From positions 55,000 through 118,999 of IMG/VR virus record IMGVR_UViG_2867988698_000004: a DNA stretch of 64,000 nucleotides; one strand, 5' to 3'. The notes under the pieces were generated by a model. That model was not told where the DNA came from, searched no databases, and worked only from the letters and a program-made list of their open reading frames with translations. This DNA is from a virus. Its lineage: Duplodnaviria > Caudoviricetes. A program made the translations under genes and the position numbers. Below, piece after piece: positions 1-9,104 of this stretch (positions are counted from its first letter, which is position 1; every line of letters begins with the position of its first letter).

Positions 1-2
1 TG

Positions 3-203
3 GGCGTCAACCCCACCTGCACCTCCTGTGGCATGAACAGCCGGTGCGGGAAGGGCTGCCCGGCGGCCGTCATCGCCTCCGGCGGCCGCATCGGCGGCGT
101 GGACACCGGCCAGTGCCCCGTCACCGGCCCTGCTCCCGCCGGTCCGCTGCTGCAGATCGGCCGCCCCCCGACCCGCCCGGCCCGACCGGCTGGGTCGGCA
201 TGA
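3..203 (+). CDS. C-terminal fragment of a radical SAM/SPASM-domain protein (starts before the window)
   Basis: Frame 3 reads GVNPTCTSCGMNSRCGKGCPAAV...GQCP (CxxC-x5-C-x3-C...C, SPASM-like); TGA 201-203 overlaps the ATG at 200. Confidence 0.65.
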   Translation, partial: GVNPTCTSCGMNSRCGKGCPAAVIASGGRIGGVDTGQCPVTGPAPAGPLLQIGRPPTRPARPAGSA

Positions 204-814
204 CCGCGACCGGCCGGTTCCTGGTCCTGGAGGGCCCCAACGGCGTGGGCAAGACCACCACCGCCGCCGCGCTGGCCGACCTGCTGCGCAGCCGCGGGGA
301 CCGCGTCCACGTGACCGGTGAGCCCTCGACCGCTCCGCTGGGCCGCCTGATCCGCGCCCACGAGGCCGAGCTGACCGGGCGGGCGCTGGCGCTGGCGGTG
401 GCCGCCGACCGCAGCCACCACCTGGACACCGAAATCGTCCCCGCCCTGGCCGCCAGCGCCACGGTGATCTGCGACCGGTTCATCCCCTCCTCCCTGGTCC
501 TCCAGCAGCTGGACGGCCTGGACCCGCGGGAGGTCTGGTCCTACAACGCCGCGCTGCGGCCGATCCCGGACATCACCGTCTACCTGATCACCGCCCCCGC
601 TACGATCGGGGCCCGGCTCGCCCAGCGGCCCCGCCGGTCCCGGCTGGAACAGGCCGGCAGCCCGGACCGGGAGCTGGCCCTGTACCAGCAGGCACGGCGC
701 TTCCTGGACGGGCAGGGATGGCGGCAGATCACGATCGACTGCCGGGACCTGCCCGCAGATCAGGTGGCCGCGCGGATCCTCGCTCACCTGCCCCGAAAGG
801 ACCCGGCACCATGA
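200..814 (+). CDS. tmk: Thymidylate (dTMP) kinase family protein
   Basis: LVLEGPNGVGKTT P-loop, TGEPS, ADR, VICDRF motifs; ATGA overlaps at both ends. Confidence 0.85.
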   Translation: MTATGRFLVLEGPNGVGKTTTAAALADLLRSRGDRVHVTGEPSTAPLGRLIRAHEAELTGRALALAVAADRSHHLDTEIVPALAASATVICDRFIPSSLVLQQLDGLDPREVWSYNAALRPIPDITVYLITAPATIGARLAQRPRRSRLEQAGSPDRELALYQQARRFLDGQGWRQITIDCRDLPADQVAARILAHLPRKDPAP

Positions 815-1656
815 CCCACGGCAGCACGCGGGACACGCGGGAGGTGTCGGTGCTGACCCTCAACATCGGCGCCGCCGCCCGCCCCCGCGCCGAGCAGCTC
901 CTCACCTGGCTGGTCGACGCCGGCCACGATGCCGGCCACGACGTCGTCCTGCTGACCGAGACCAGCGCCGGACCCGGCACCGCCTACCTGCTGGACCACT
1001 TCGCCCGCGCCGGCTACACCATCGTCAACACCCCCGACCACGGTGACCGCGGCGCGGCGCTCATCACCCGCATCCCCGTCCTGGACCAGCCGGTGCAGTT
1101 CAAGACGGTGACCATCCCCGGGCGGGTGGCCGCCGCCGTGCTGGACACCCGGCCCCGGCTGTGCGTGGCCGCCGTGTACGTGCCCAGCCGCGACCGCAGC
1201 ACCGACAAGACCGACCGCAAACACCGGTTCCTGACCTCGCTGCAGGACGCGCTGGCGACGCTGCCGGACCACCAGCGGGACGGGCTGCTGCTGGGCGGGG
1301 ACTACAACGTCATCGCCCGCACCCACCAGCCGTCCCTGCCCGGATTCCTGCCGTTCGAGTACGACTTCCTCGACCACCTGCACGCCCTGGGGCTGGTGGA
1401 CGTCCACGACCACCATCACCCCGACGCCCCGCAGCCGCACTCCTGGATCGGGCGGACCGGCGACGGCTACCGCTACGACTACCTGCACCTCGCCCGGCCC
1501 CTCGCAGGCCGGATCACCGGCTGCGCCTACCTGCACACCACCCGCCAGAACCGGCTGACCGACCACGCCGCCGTCACCGCGACCCTGCGCCTGGACCAAG
1601 TCCAGCGGCTTCCGGTCCAGGCCGTCACCGCCGACGACGACCTCGCTCTGTTCTGA
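811..1656 (+). CDS. Endonuclease/exonuclease/phosphatase (ExoIII-like) protein
   Basis: TLNI, LLTET, VYVP, GGDYN, YRYDY, TDHAAV motifs. Confidence 0.85.
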   Translation: MTHGSTRDTREVSVLTLNIGAAARPRAEQLLTWLVDAGHDAGHDVVLLTETSAGPGTAYLLDHFARAGYTIVNTPDHGDRGAALITRIPVLDQPVQFKTVTIPGRVAAAVLDTRPRLCVAAVYVPSRDRSTDKTDRKHRFLTSLQDALATLPDHQRDGLLLGGDYNVIARTHQPSLPGFLPFEYDFLDHLHALGLVDVHDHHHPDAPQPHSWIGRTGDGYRYDYLHLARPLAGRITGCAYLHTTRQNRLTDHAAVTATLRLDQVQRLPVQAVTADDDLALF

Positions 1657-1694
1657 CCCTCCCCTGACCTCACCGAAACGGAAGTCCAGCTCGT

Positions 1695-2501
1695 ATGGCC
1701 GATCGTGCTGCGCTGATGGAACAGTGGTTCGCCACCGCCGCCCGCGACCTGCACCTGACCGTCTGCGGGGAGGCGGTGCGCGGGGTCGGTGACCGGACCC
1801 TCAGCGGCCCCGCCGCCACTCCCCGCGGGGACGCCGTCTGGCTCCGCGTGCTGGCGGTCCCGGAAGACCTGGCACACGGCCCTGTGTGGGAGGGGCCGGT
1901 CACCTCCCAGGAGGTCACTGGCGTGTACCGGCCACGGCTGATGCACTGCCTGACCTGGGCCGAGCACGGGCATGTGGTCCGGGCGGAGGTTTGGAAACGG
2001 ATCATCGAGCCGGCCTGTGCCGCGCACGAGACCCTGACGAACGATCCGCGGCTGCCCGCCGGATGGTGGGAGCGGCTGCACGCCTCCCTGGACCGGCTCG
2101 CCGAGCATCCCACCCAGCGGATGCCCCGCCCTCCGGAGCAGATCACCGTGGCGCTGCGGCAGGCGTACGGGCCGGACGTCCCCACGCGGGTGGAGCGGTG
2201 GGTGACGCAGCACGGGGACCTGCGCTGGTGCAACCTCACCCGTACCACCCCCTACCTGCTGGACTGGGAGTTGTGGGGGCTCGCCCCCGCCGGCACCGAC
2301 GCCGCCACCCTGTACTGCACCAGCCTCCTGGTCCCCCACGTGGCCGCAGAGGTCTACCGGCAGTTCCGCCATGTGCTGGACAGCCCGGACGGCCGGATCG
2401 CGCAGCTGTGCGTGTGCATCCAGCTCACCCGGCACCCGGACTGCGGGCCGCTGCGGGAGCCGTTGACCCGGCTGGCGTATCGGCTCCTCACCTACGCCTG
2501 A
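1695..2501 (+). CDS. APH-like phosphotransferase
   Basis: QHGDLRWCN and LLDWE motifs. Confidence 0.75.
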   Translation: MADRAALMEQWFATAARDLHLTVCGEAVRGVGDRTLSGPAATPRGDAVWLRVLAVPEDLAHGPVWEGPVTSQEVTGVYRPRLMHCLTWAEHGHVVRAEVWKRIIEPACAAHETLTNDPRLPAGWWERLHASLDRLAEHPTQRMPRPPEQITVALRQAYGPDVPTRVERWVTQHGDLRWCNLTRTTPYLLDWELWGLAPAGTDAATLYCTSLLVPHVAAEVYRQFRHVLDSPDGRIAQLCVCIQLTRHPDCGPLREPLTRLAYRLLTYA

Positions 2502-2516
2502 CCAGCCGCAGGGCGG

Positions 2517-3065
2517 TCAGGCGTGGGACAGGGCGGCGCGGACCAGGGAGTCGTAGGTGTCGCTGGTCCGCTCCAGCCCCACCTCCTCGCCCAGCGACCG
2601 CGCCCACTCGTCCAGCTCGGCCTGCACCGCCTCCCCCGACTCCTGCGGCCTGACCACCCGCTCCAGCTCCACGAAACAGCCGGCGTGCTCGACCTCGTCC
2701 ACGCAGATGCCGATCTCTCCCAGGCGGCCGGTGCGGCGCCGTTTGACGATCCGCACGGTCGGCCGCCAGCCCATCAGCTGTAGCGCCCGCGCCATCTCCT
2801 CCCGGTCGGCCACGGTGGTCTCGTGCTCCAGGCACGCCATCTCGTTGTCCACCGGCTGCTTGACCGTGAACAGGTGGACCCCGTCCTGGGTCCGCAGCCG
2901 CGCGAACGCGATCCCCACCTTGGAGTCCCCGTACGACCAGGACGCCGGCGCGAACGCCTGGTCGTCCTGCAGCACCGGGAGGGACAGCAGTACGCCGCGG
3001 GCCGCCAGCGCCTTCTCCAACGCCGCCACGTCACCGGCCCGGTATTTGACCTCGATCTCCTGCAC
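2517..3065 (-). CDS. CYTH / class IV adenylate cyclase family protein
   Basis: N-terminal EIEVKY (ExExK), RLR, VKRRR, CVDEV..G.FVELE; AGGAGG RBS. Confidence 0.85.
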   Translation of the reverse strand: MQEIEVKYRAGDVAALEKALAARGVLLSLPVLQDDQAFAPASWSYGDSKVGIAFARLRTQDGVHLFTVKQPVDNEMACLEHETTVADREEMARALQLMGWRPTVRIVKRRRTGRLGEIGICVDEVEHAGCFVELERVVRPQESGEAVQAELDEWARSLGEEVGLERTSDTYDSLVRAALSHA

Positions 3066-3158
3066 CAGCCGCCTCCTTGTTCACAAGGACCACGGCAGCC
3101 TAACCAGCCTCACCGCCGGGGCGCGGCCTGTTCCGGCCATCCCACCCAAGACCTGGGG

Positions 3159-3575
3159 TCAGCGCTCGACCACCGGGTAGGGCACCGTTTGTCGCAGTGC
3201 CCGTACCAGCCACTGGTCTCCGGGCATCCCGCGGACCTGCCGGGCGTAGACGATCCGGCCGCCGACCTCGAACCGCAGGAACTGGGCGCGGACCGGGCGG
3301 ATGGGGCGGCCGCGCGGCCCGTAGATGCCGGTGCCCTCGTGCAGCCACCAGCCGACCTTCGAGGGTGTCCAGACCCGGCCGATCACGAGGGTGCCGCGGG
3401 TGCGGACGCTGCTGGTGATGCTGGCCCGGGTCGTCCCCGTGCGGACCCGGATGTTCAGCTTGGCCCGGGTCTCGGTGCGGCGGGTCAGGGCGGTGACGTG
3501 GTCGTGCACCGGGCCGCCGGGCTGCCGCAGCAGCCGATCGAGAGCGGCCCGGTCCAGCCGCACCCTGGCCGCCAT
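3159..3575 (-). CDS. HK97 gp10-like neck/tail-completion protein
   Basis: VRTGTTRASI, WLHEGTGIYGP, PIRPVRAQFLRF, WLVRAL; GAGGAGG RBS. Confidence 0.7.
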   Translation of the reverse strand: MAARVRLDRAALDRLLRQPGGPVHDHVTALTRRTETRAKLNIRVRTGTTRASITSSVRTRGTLVIGRVWTPSKVGWWLHEGTGIYGPRGRPIRPVRAQFLRFEVGGRIVYARQVRGMPGDQWLVRALRQTVPYPVVER

Positions 3576-3576
3576 C

Positions 3577-3957
3577 TCAGCCTCCTCGCCTGCCCGCACG
3601 GCCTGAGCGGGCGGGGCGGCGCGGCGCCGCTTGGGTGCGGGCGGCGTTCCTGGCGCTGGGCGGGTCCACCCGCCGCGCGGCGCTCGTTCGTACCACCCGC
3701 GGAATCGGGACGGGCTCCCCGTCCAGGGTGGCCAGGGAGAGTTTGCCGTCTGCGGCAGCGCCCAGCACGGCGGGGGTGACGTCCAGTTCCTCGACGTGCC
3801 CGCGGCGCTGGCCCAGGACGTTGGTCTGCCAGGTGGCGATGACCCGCTCCGGCATCCCCTCCCCGCTACCCGGCTCGGAAGCGGCGACGGTGGTGGCGGG
3901 ATCGGTGGGGGCGGTGGGGTCGGTGGAGCTGGCCGGGGCGGTGGGCTCACTGCTCAT
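3577..3957 (-). CDS. Phage hypothetical protein, possibly leaderless
   Basis: TATGCT -10 (3970-3965) 7 nt before ATG 3957; stop abuts the next gene. Confidence 0.5.
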   Translation of the reverse strand: MSSEPTAPASSTDPTAPTDPATTVAASEPGSGEGMPERVIATWQTNVLGQRRGHVEELDVTPAVLGAAADGKLSLATLDGEPVPIPRVVRTSAARRVDPPSARNAARTQAAPRRPARSGRAGRRGG

Positions 3958-3999
3958 GATCATGAGCATAGCCGCTGGTCAGCTCGCCGCCGGGGGAGG

Positions 4000-5394
4000 T
4001 CAGGTGATGCCGCAGCGGGCGGCCAGGCCCCGCAGTGGTGGGCTGGTGCGCCCGGACAGCAGCAGCCCGGACACCAGATCACGGACGGCGGGGCGGGCGT
4101 GGGTTTCCTCCGGTGCCGCGCGTTCGGCGGCCAGCAGCGCCCGCAGGCATTCCTCGCGGCGCCCCCACTGCGCGAACGCTCGGGCCATGTCGGTGTGGTA
4201 GCGGGCGCGGCGTTCGACGGTGGGCAGGCTGCCGGGGTGGATGGACCGGCCGGCGGCGATGGCGGCTCCGGGGTCCCCGGCGGAGTACTCGGCGGAGATC
4301 CGGTGCAAGGCGACTGCTGCGGCGCTGAATCCGCCGCCGTGGTCCCGCAGCAGGGTGCCGCCTCGGGCGGCCCCCAGGCGGCCGGCGATGGCGGCGGCGT
4401 CGTCGGTGAGTTCCCGCATCCCGGACCGGTCGCCCTGCTTGGCGAGGGTGTAGGCGGCCGACATGAGGAGCAGCCCCCGCTCAGCGGTGTGGGCGGGATC
4501 GTCGGCGCGTAGCCCGATCGTGTCGGCGGCCGACAGCACGAGCGAGGCGGCCTGGTCGTACCAGCCGGCGCGGCGAGCGAGGATGGCCAGGTTCCGGGCG
4601 GCCTCGGCGGCGGTCAGGGGCTGGTCGGCTGCGCTGGCCAGCAGCCGGGCCCGATCGGCGGCCATCCACCCCAGCTGCGGATCATCGAGTTTGATGAGCA
4701 TCCGGGTGGCCAGGATGTAGGTCTGCGCCAGCACGGCCGCCGCCTCGCGGTCATCGCGGTCATCGGCGGTGGTGGCGTGGGCGTGGGCGAGCAGGCGGGG
4801 CAGGACGTCGGCCAGCCGCCCGTACCGGCAGGCGTGAAAATCGCTCAGCGCTGTGGTGAGCAGCGCGCGCAGCCGGTCGACCGGCAGCGGCGCCGGCGGC
4901 TGGGGGTGCAGGCCGAGCATCGTGTCCCGCAGGCGGCCGACCAGCAGTTCCCCCGTGTCCACCGGCTGAACGGTCACCGGGGCGGGCAGGCAGGGCCCGA
5001 CCGCGGCAGCAGCCGTCACCGCCAGGTTGGCCAGCAACTGCCGTCGCCGCACCGGATCGTCACCGCCCTCCCGACCGCCGCCTCTGGCCACAGTAACCCC
5101 ACCGGCTGCCGCCGTCCCGGCGGCACCACCGGCAGGTCCCGGGGCGGGCGCCAGGCCCAGCAGATGCGGAGGGATCTGGAGGGCGTCGGCGAACCGCCGC
5201 AGCACCACCACATCGGTGAGCGGGGCCACGCCGCGTTCGTAGCGGGAGACCTGGGACGCCGAATACCCGCACAACGCGCCGAGCTGGGCCAGCGTGAGCC
5301 GTCGCGCCTGCCGTGTAAGCCGCACGATCGCGCCGACGTCCCCACTGGCCCGCGCCTGACGCATCTCTGGCGTCGACCACAGCTGATCGTCCAT
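4000..5394 (-). CDS. XRE-family HTH regulator with helical C-terminal domain
   Basis: LTLAQLGALCGYSASQVSRYERG HTH; typical actinomycete RRQLLA segment and TPR-like tail. Confidence 0.85.
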   Translation of the reverse strand: MDDQLWSTPEMRQARASGDVGAIVRLTRQARRLTLAQLGALCGYSASQVSRYERGVAPLTDVVVLRRFADALQIPPHLLGLAPAPGPAGGAAGTAAAGGVTVARGGGREGGDDPVRRRQLLANLAVTAAAAVGPCLPAPVTVQPVDTGELLVGRLRDTMLGLHPQPPAPLPVDRLRALLTTALSDFHACRYGRLADVLPRLLAHAHATTADDRDDREAAAVLAQTYILATRMLIKLDDPQLGWMAADRARLLASAADQPLTAAEAARNLAILARRAGWYDQAASLVLSAADTIGLRADDPAHTAERGLLLMSAAYTLAKQGDRSGMRELTDDAAAIAGRLGAARGGTLLRDHGGGFSAAAVALHRISAEYSAGDPGAAIAAGRSIHPGSLPTVERRARYHTDMARAFAQWGRREECLRALLAAERAAPEETHARPAVRDLVSGLLLSGRTSPPLRGLAARCGIT

Positions 5395-5570
5395 CGCCGC
5401 CCCCCGGTGGGCAGACCGACTCCCCGGCCAACGTAGACCACCCCGTGATCATCGACCAGGGCCTTTGCATAACCGGCAAACCGTTTGCGCACCGGGACAT
5501 GCGGCCTCGCTCGCGGCGGCGTGATGACGGTTCATAGGACTCATCAGCCCTCCGACATGAGGCAGTCGCC

Positions 5571-6299
5571 ATGACGATCACGCACCCCACCGCCACCGCT
5601 GCCGGCGAAGCCGCACCGACCGCCGAGATTCCCGCCGACCTGCGATCCCAGGGCGTGAGTCACCCGGTGCCGTGGACGACCACCGAAACCGCGCGTGAAC
5701 TGGCCGGCCGGGTACTGGCCGACCACGCCGCCGCCCGGCGGGAGATCATCCGCAACCCCCACCTCGACATCGGCTGGTTCCGTGACGCGGCCGCCAGCCT
5801 GCTCGACGCCGTCCAGGCGGTCATCGGCCCGGCCGTGGCCATCGAGAACACCTTCCTGGTGATCAAGTGGCCCGGAACCGCGTTCGAGGTCCCCTGGCAC
5901 CAGGACGGCATCGACCGGCGGATCGAGCTGGACCCCGGCCGGTCGGTGGCGGCGTGGCTGGCCCTCACCGACGCGACCCCCGCCAACGGCTGCCTGCACA
6001 TCGCCCCCGGCTCCCACCGCCTCGGGTACCTGCCGTACGAGCTGGAAGACGATCACGGGGCCGCGCGCGGCAGGGCAGGCCGCTCCGCAGGCTTCACCGG
6101 AGAGCACGAGGCGGTCGCGATCCCCGTCGCTGCGGGCGACGCCGTCCTCATGGACGTCCGCCTGCTGCACCGCTCCGGCAGCAACACCACCGACCAGGCC
6201 CGCGTCGGGCTCAACGTCCGCTACGTCGCCCCCGGCGGCCTGCGGATGCGCGACCACACGACCCCCAGCCTCACCCCGCTCACGGGAACCGGCTGGTGA
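5571..6299 (+). CDS. Phytanoyl-CoA dioxygenase (PhyH) family Fe(II)/2OG oxygenase
   Basis: PWHQD, WLALTDATPANGCL, PGSH, LLHRSGSN...R. Confidence 0.85.
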   Translation: MTITHPTATAAGEAAPTAEIPADLRSQGVSHPVPWTTTETARELAGRVLADHAAARREIIRNPHLDIGWFRDAAASLLDAVQAVIGPAVAIENTFLVIKWPGTAFEVPWHQDGIDRRIELDPGRSVAAWLALTDATPANGCLHIAPGSHRLGYLPYELEDDHGAARGRAGRSAGFTGEHEAVAIPVAAGDAVLMDVRLLHRSGSNTTDQARVGLNVRYVAPGGLRMRDHTTPSLTPLTGTGW

Positions 6300-6328
6300 C
6301 CACCCACCTCAACCCAAGGGAGCAGCCC

Positions 6329-6781
6329 ATGCACACGCCCACCACCACGGCGACGGGCGCCGTCGACCTCGACCACCTCGACGGCCTGCCGATCCGCATC
6401 CGCGTCCTGGTCGGCGCCGACGCCGACCCCGTACGGCTGGCCGGCAAGACCCCGATCGCCAAGTCCGACTGCCGCTACTACTGCCCGGACAAGGCCACCG
6501 CCCAGCGCGTCATCACCGCCCTGCAGGCCTCCGACGAGCGGCTGCGGAACCGCCCCGAGGAACTGATGCTCTGGGACTGGGAGTGCACCTGGTGGGAGCC
6601 CGAGCCCGGCAACCCCAACGGCGGCGGGACCGTCCACCTGGGCGTCGCTTGGTTCGACCCCGCGTTCTTCGCCGACCGCCGCGACGCCTGGTTCGGCGCC
6701 ATGCACACCCGCATCTACCAGGAGCTGGGCGTGCCGCTGGAGAACATCACGGTCACCCACTGGACCGCCCTCACCAACTGA
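6329..6781 (+). CDS. Hypothetical protein
   Basis: AAGGGAG RBS, ATG 6329, high GC3, followed by hairpin. Confidence 0.7.
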   Translation: MHTPTTTATGAVDLDHLDGLPIRIRVLVGADADPVRLAGKTPIAKSDCRYYCPDKATAQRVITALQASDERLRNRPEELMLWDWECTWWEPEPGNPNGGGTVHLGVAWFDPAFFADRRDAWFGAMHTRIYQELGVPLENITVTHWTALTN

Positions 6782-6801
6782 CCCCACCCCACCCCACCGG
6801 A

Positions 6802-6840
6802 CACCCTCCGGCCGGAACACGGCCGGAGGGTGCTCGCTTT
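6802..6840 (+). terminator. Intrinsic terminator
   Basis: Perfect 13-bp stem CACCCTCCGGCCG/CGGCCGGAGGGTG, 5-nt loop, then ctcgcttt. Confidence 0.7.
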
Positions 6841-6927
6841 CCTGTATCTTCGGTCGCCTGGCCTCTCCCAGACCTTCCACCGGCCACACTGGTCACTGCA
6901 CTGTCGCCGTGACCGAAGGGGCCGCTC

Positions 6928-7722
6928 GTGAACCCGATCCTCACCCGTCTCGGGCTCGCCGACCACGACCCGCAGCTCCTGCACGACCGCAGAGGCACCA
7001 CCCTCTACCGGGCCGGCGACACCGCCGTGAAGATCACCAGCGGGCTCATGGCCGGCAGGGAGGGCGAGATCCTGCGAGTCCTGGGCGCCGAGCCCTACCG
7101 CGACCACGGCTGGGACGGCGAACGGTCCTGGCTGGCCCTCCGCTGGATCGACGGCATCAGCCTGTGGGACGCACTGGACCCCGCCCACCAGGACGTCACC
7201 CCCGCCACCCGGCACCGGATACTCACCAAAGTCGGCGCGGCCGTACGCGCCCTGGCCGACCTGCACGCAGTGGGCTGGACCCACGGAGACCTGCAACCAG
7301 ACCACATCATCTTCGAGGGCGACACCACCCACCTCATCGACCTGGCCTGCGCCCAAGGCCCGGCCGACGTGCCGTTCTACGTCCACCGAGGCGGCCTGGC
7401 CCACACCACCGCACCCGAGATCGCCACGGCGATCCTGACCTCCGACGACCACGTCGCCACCACCCCCCAGGCCGACATCTGGTCCCTGGGGGCCTCGCTC
7501 TGGTGGTCCTGGACCCGTACCACGCCGATCGCCTACACCGACCCGGCCGCCCGGCGCCCGCAGCTACTGGCCGACGTCGCCGCCGCCCGCCGCGCCGACC
7601 TGACCTCCACCCGGCCGTGGCCGTTCCCCCAACTCGAAGAACTCATCATGGCGTGCCTGGCGGCCGACCCCGGCAGCCGGCCCACCGCCAAGGAGCTGGC
7701 CTCCCGATTCCCCCGGGCCTGA
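6928..7722 (+). CDS. Ser/Thr protein kinase-like protein
   Basis: AVK, HGDLQPDHI, IDLA, APE, ADIWSLG, SRPT motifs. Confidence 0.8.
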   Translation: MNPILTRLGLADHDPQLLHDRRGTTLYRAGDTAVKITSGLMAGREGEILRVLGAEPYRDHGWDGERSWLALRWIDGISLWDALDPAHQDVTPATRHRILTKVGAAVRALADLHAVGWTHGDLQPDHIIFEGDTTHLIDLACAQGPADVPFYVHRGGLAHTTAPEIATAILTSDDHVATTPQADIWSLGASLWWSWTRTTPIAYTDPAARRPQLLADVAAARRADLTSTRPWPFPQLEELIMACLAADPGSRPTAKELASRFPRA

Positions 7723-8079
7723 GCGGGATGCCTCAAGCGCTCGTCGGAGGGCGTTGTTGCGGACCTCGGCGGCGGAGGTGAGGGCGGCGGCCAGGTCCTC
7801 GCTGGTGTAGCCGGCGGGCAGCAGCAGGGGACTCGGCTCCTCCCGGCCCGGGTCCTCGTCGTGCCACCAGGGATAGCCGAGCGGGCACCGGTACCGCAGC
7901 ACCCCACCACGCAGCAGCTCCGGCATCGGCAGCGTCCTGACGGGCAGCGGCTCCTGGACGTCCCGGCGCCGTGCGGCCAGGACGTCGTCCATCCAGTCCG
8001 GTTCCAGACGAGCCAGAGGGGAGACCAGGACGGCGTCCAGCGGATCATCGCCCTGGTCCGGCGTCCTACGGTGGGTCAC
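7564..8079 (-). CDS. Hypothetical protein; 3' end overlaps the kinase, possibly truncated
   Basis: Plausible body YRCPLGYPWWHDEDPG; tail runs antisense into the kinase gene. Confidence 0.35.
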   Translation of the reverse strand: MTHRRTPDQGDDPLDAVLVSPLARLEPDWMDDVLAARRRDVQEPLPVRTLPMPELLRGGVLRYRCPLGYPWWHDEDPGREEPSPLLLPAGYTSEDLAAALTSAAEVRNNALRRALEASRSGPGESGGQLLGGGPAAGVGRQARHDEFFELGERPRPGGGQVGAAGGGDVGQ

Positions 8080-8098
8080 GTCGGGCAGCCTACGCGGG

Positions 8099-8620
8099 TC
8101 AGCCGCACTCGCCCCGCTGCTTCTTCTGGGCGGCGAGCTTGTCGACCCCGAGCCGATACCCGTCGAGGGTCTTCTTGTCCGGCATGAACCCCCACCGGCC
8201 GCCCTCGTACACGTACCGATAGGAGAACTTGAAGCCCAGCCGGTCGATCCGCACCGTCGCGGTGGTCTTGTCCGCCGACAGCCGCACCGCCTCAACCTTC
8301 ATCGGCACGTTCTGCGCCGGCTGCGGGCACAGCTCGAACAGCCGCACATAGTTCTGCTGGCTGAGAACCTTCTGTGCCTCGGGGGCCCACAGCTGCCAGG
8401 TGCCCTCATAGTCACCGGCAGCGTAGGCGTCGGCGTGCTCCTGGGCGGCCTGGCGGGCGGCGGCCTCCGTCTGCGGCTGCTGCGGCGCCGACGAGGCCGG
8501 CGCCGGGGCGGCCTTGGACGGGGCGGCAGCAGCGTCCCCTCCGCCGGAGCCGTTCCCGCCGCACCCCACGGTGACGACGGCAAGAACCGGCAGCAAGACA
8601 GCAGACAGCACCCGACGCAT
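8099..8620 (-). CDS. Lipoprotein
   Basis: MRRVLSAVLLPVLAVVTVGC signal peptide and lipobox, Pro/Ala linker. Confidence 0.7.
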   Translation of the reverse strand: MRRVLSAVLLPVLAVVTVGCGGNGSGGGDAAAAPSKAAPAPASSAPQQPQTEAAARQAAQEHADAYAAGDYEGTWQLWAPEAQKVLSQQNYVRLFELCPQPAQNVPMKVEAVRLSADKTTATVRIDRLGFKFSYRYVYEGGRWGFMPDKKTLDGYRLGVDKLAAQKKQRGECG

Positions 8621-9104
8621 CAAGAACCCCCACAGGTTTCGGACGCCCAGACAGGGCGCCGACTCGACGGCCCGCACGCTAACAACAGCCGCACCCGCCG
8701 CACCGCCGGAACGCCCGAACACGAGCGTGGCTGGGACAGGACAGCAGAGCCAGGGACTTTCCAATGAAAGTGACACAAATCCCTGCAATACGGACAACTC
8801 TTGCGTTTGCGCCATTAACACCTTGTGAAAGCCTTCGCAAGGCCTGTTGCCACAAGAAGCGGTAAGCACTTGTGCAAGCACATCAAAGTTGTGGCACTCT
8901 TGGTCGACACAAGATATAGCCCCGCGCGGTAGGCGCCGCCGGGGCCGTGGTTCGTTCCTTGTGTGGAAGGAAGAACGTGGCTGAGCGTAGCAACGCCTTG
9001 TGGCGCGTGCAGCGATACCGCCCACACGGCTTCCCTGCGTGTCTTCTCTGCAAGATCACCGAGCGCGGCGACCGCCTCAAGGTAAAGATCATCCGGAGAG
9101 TGGA

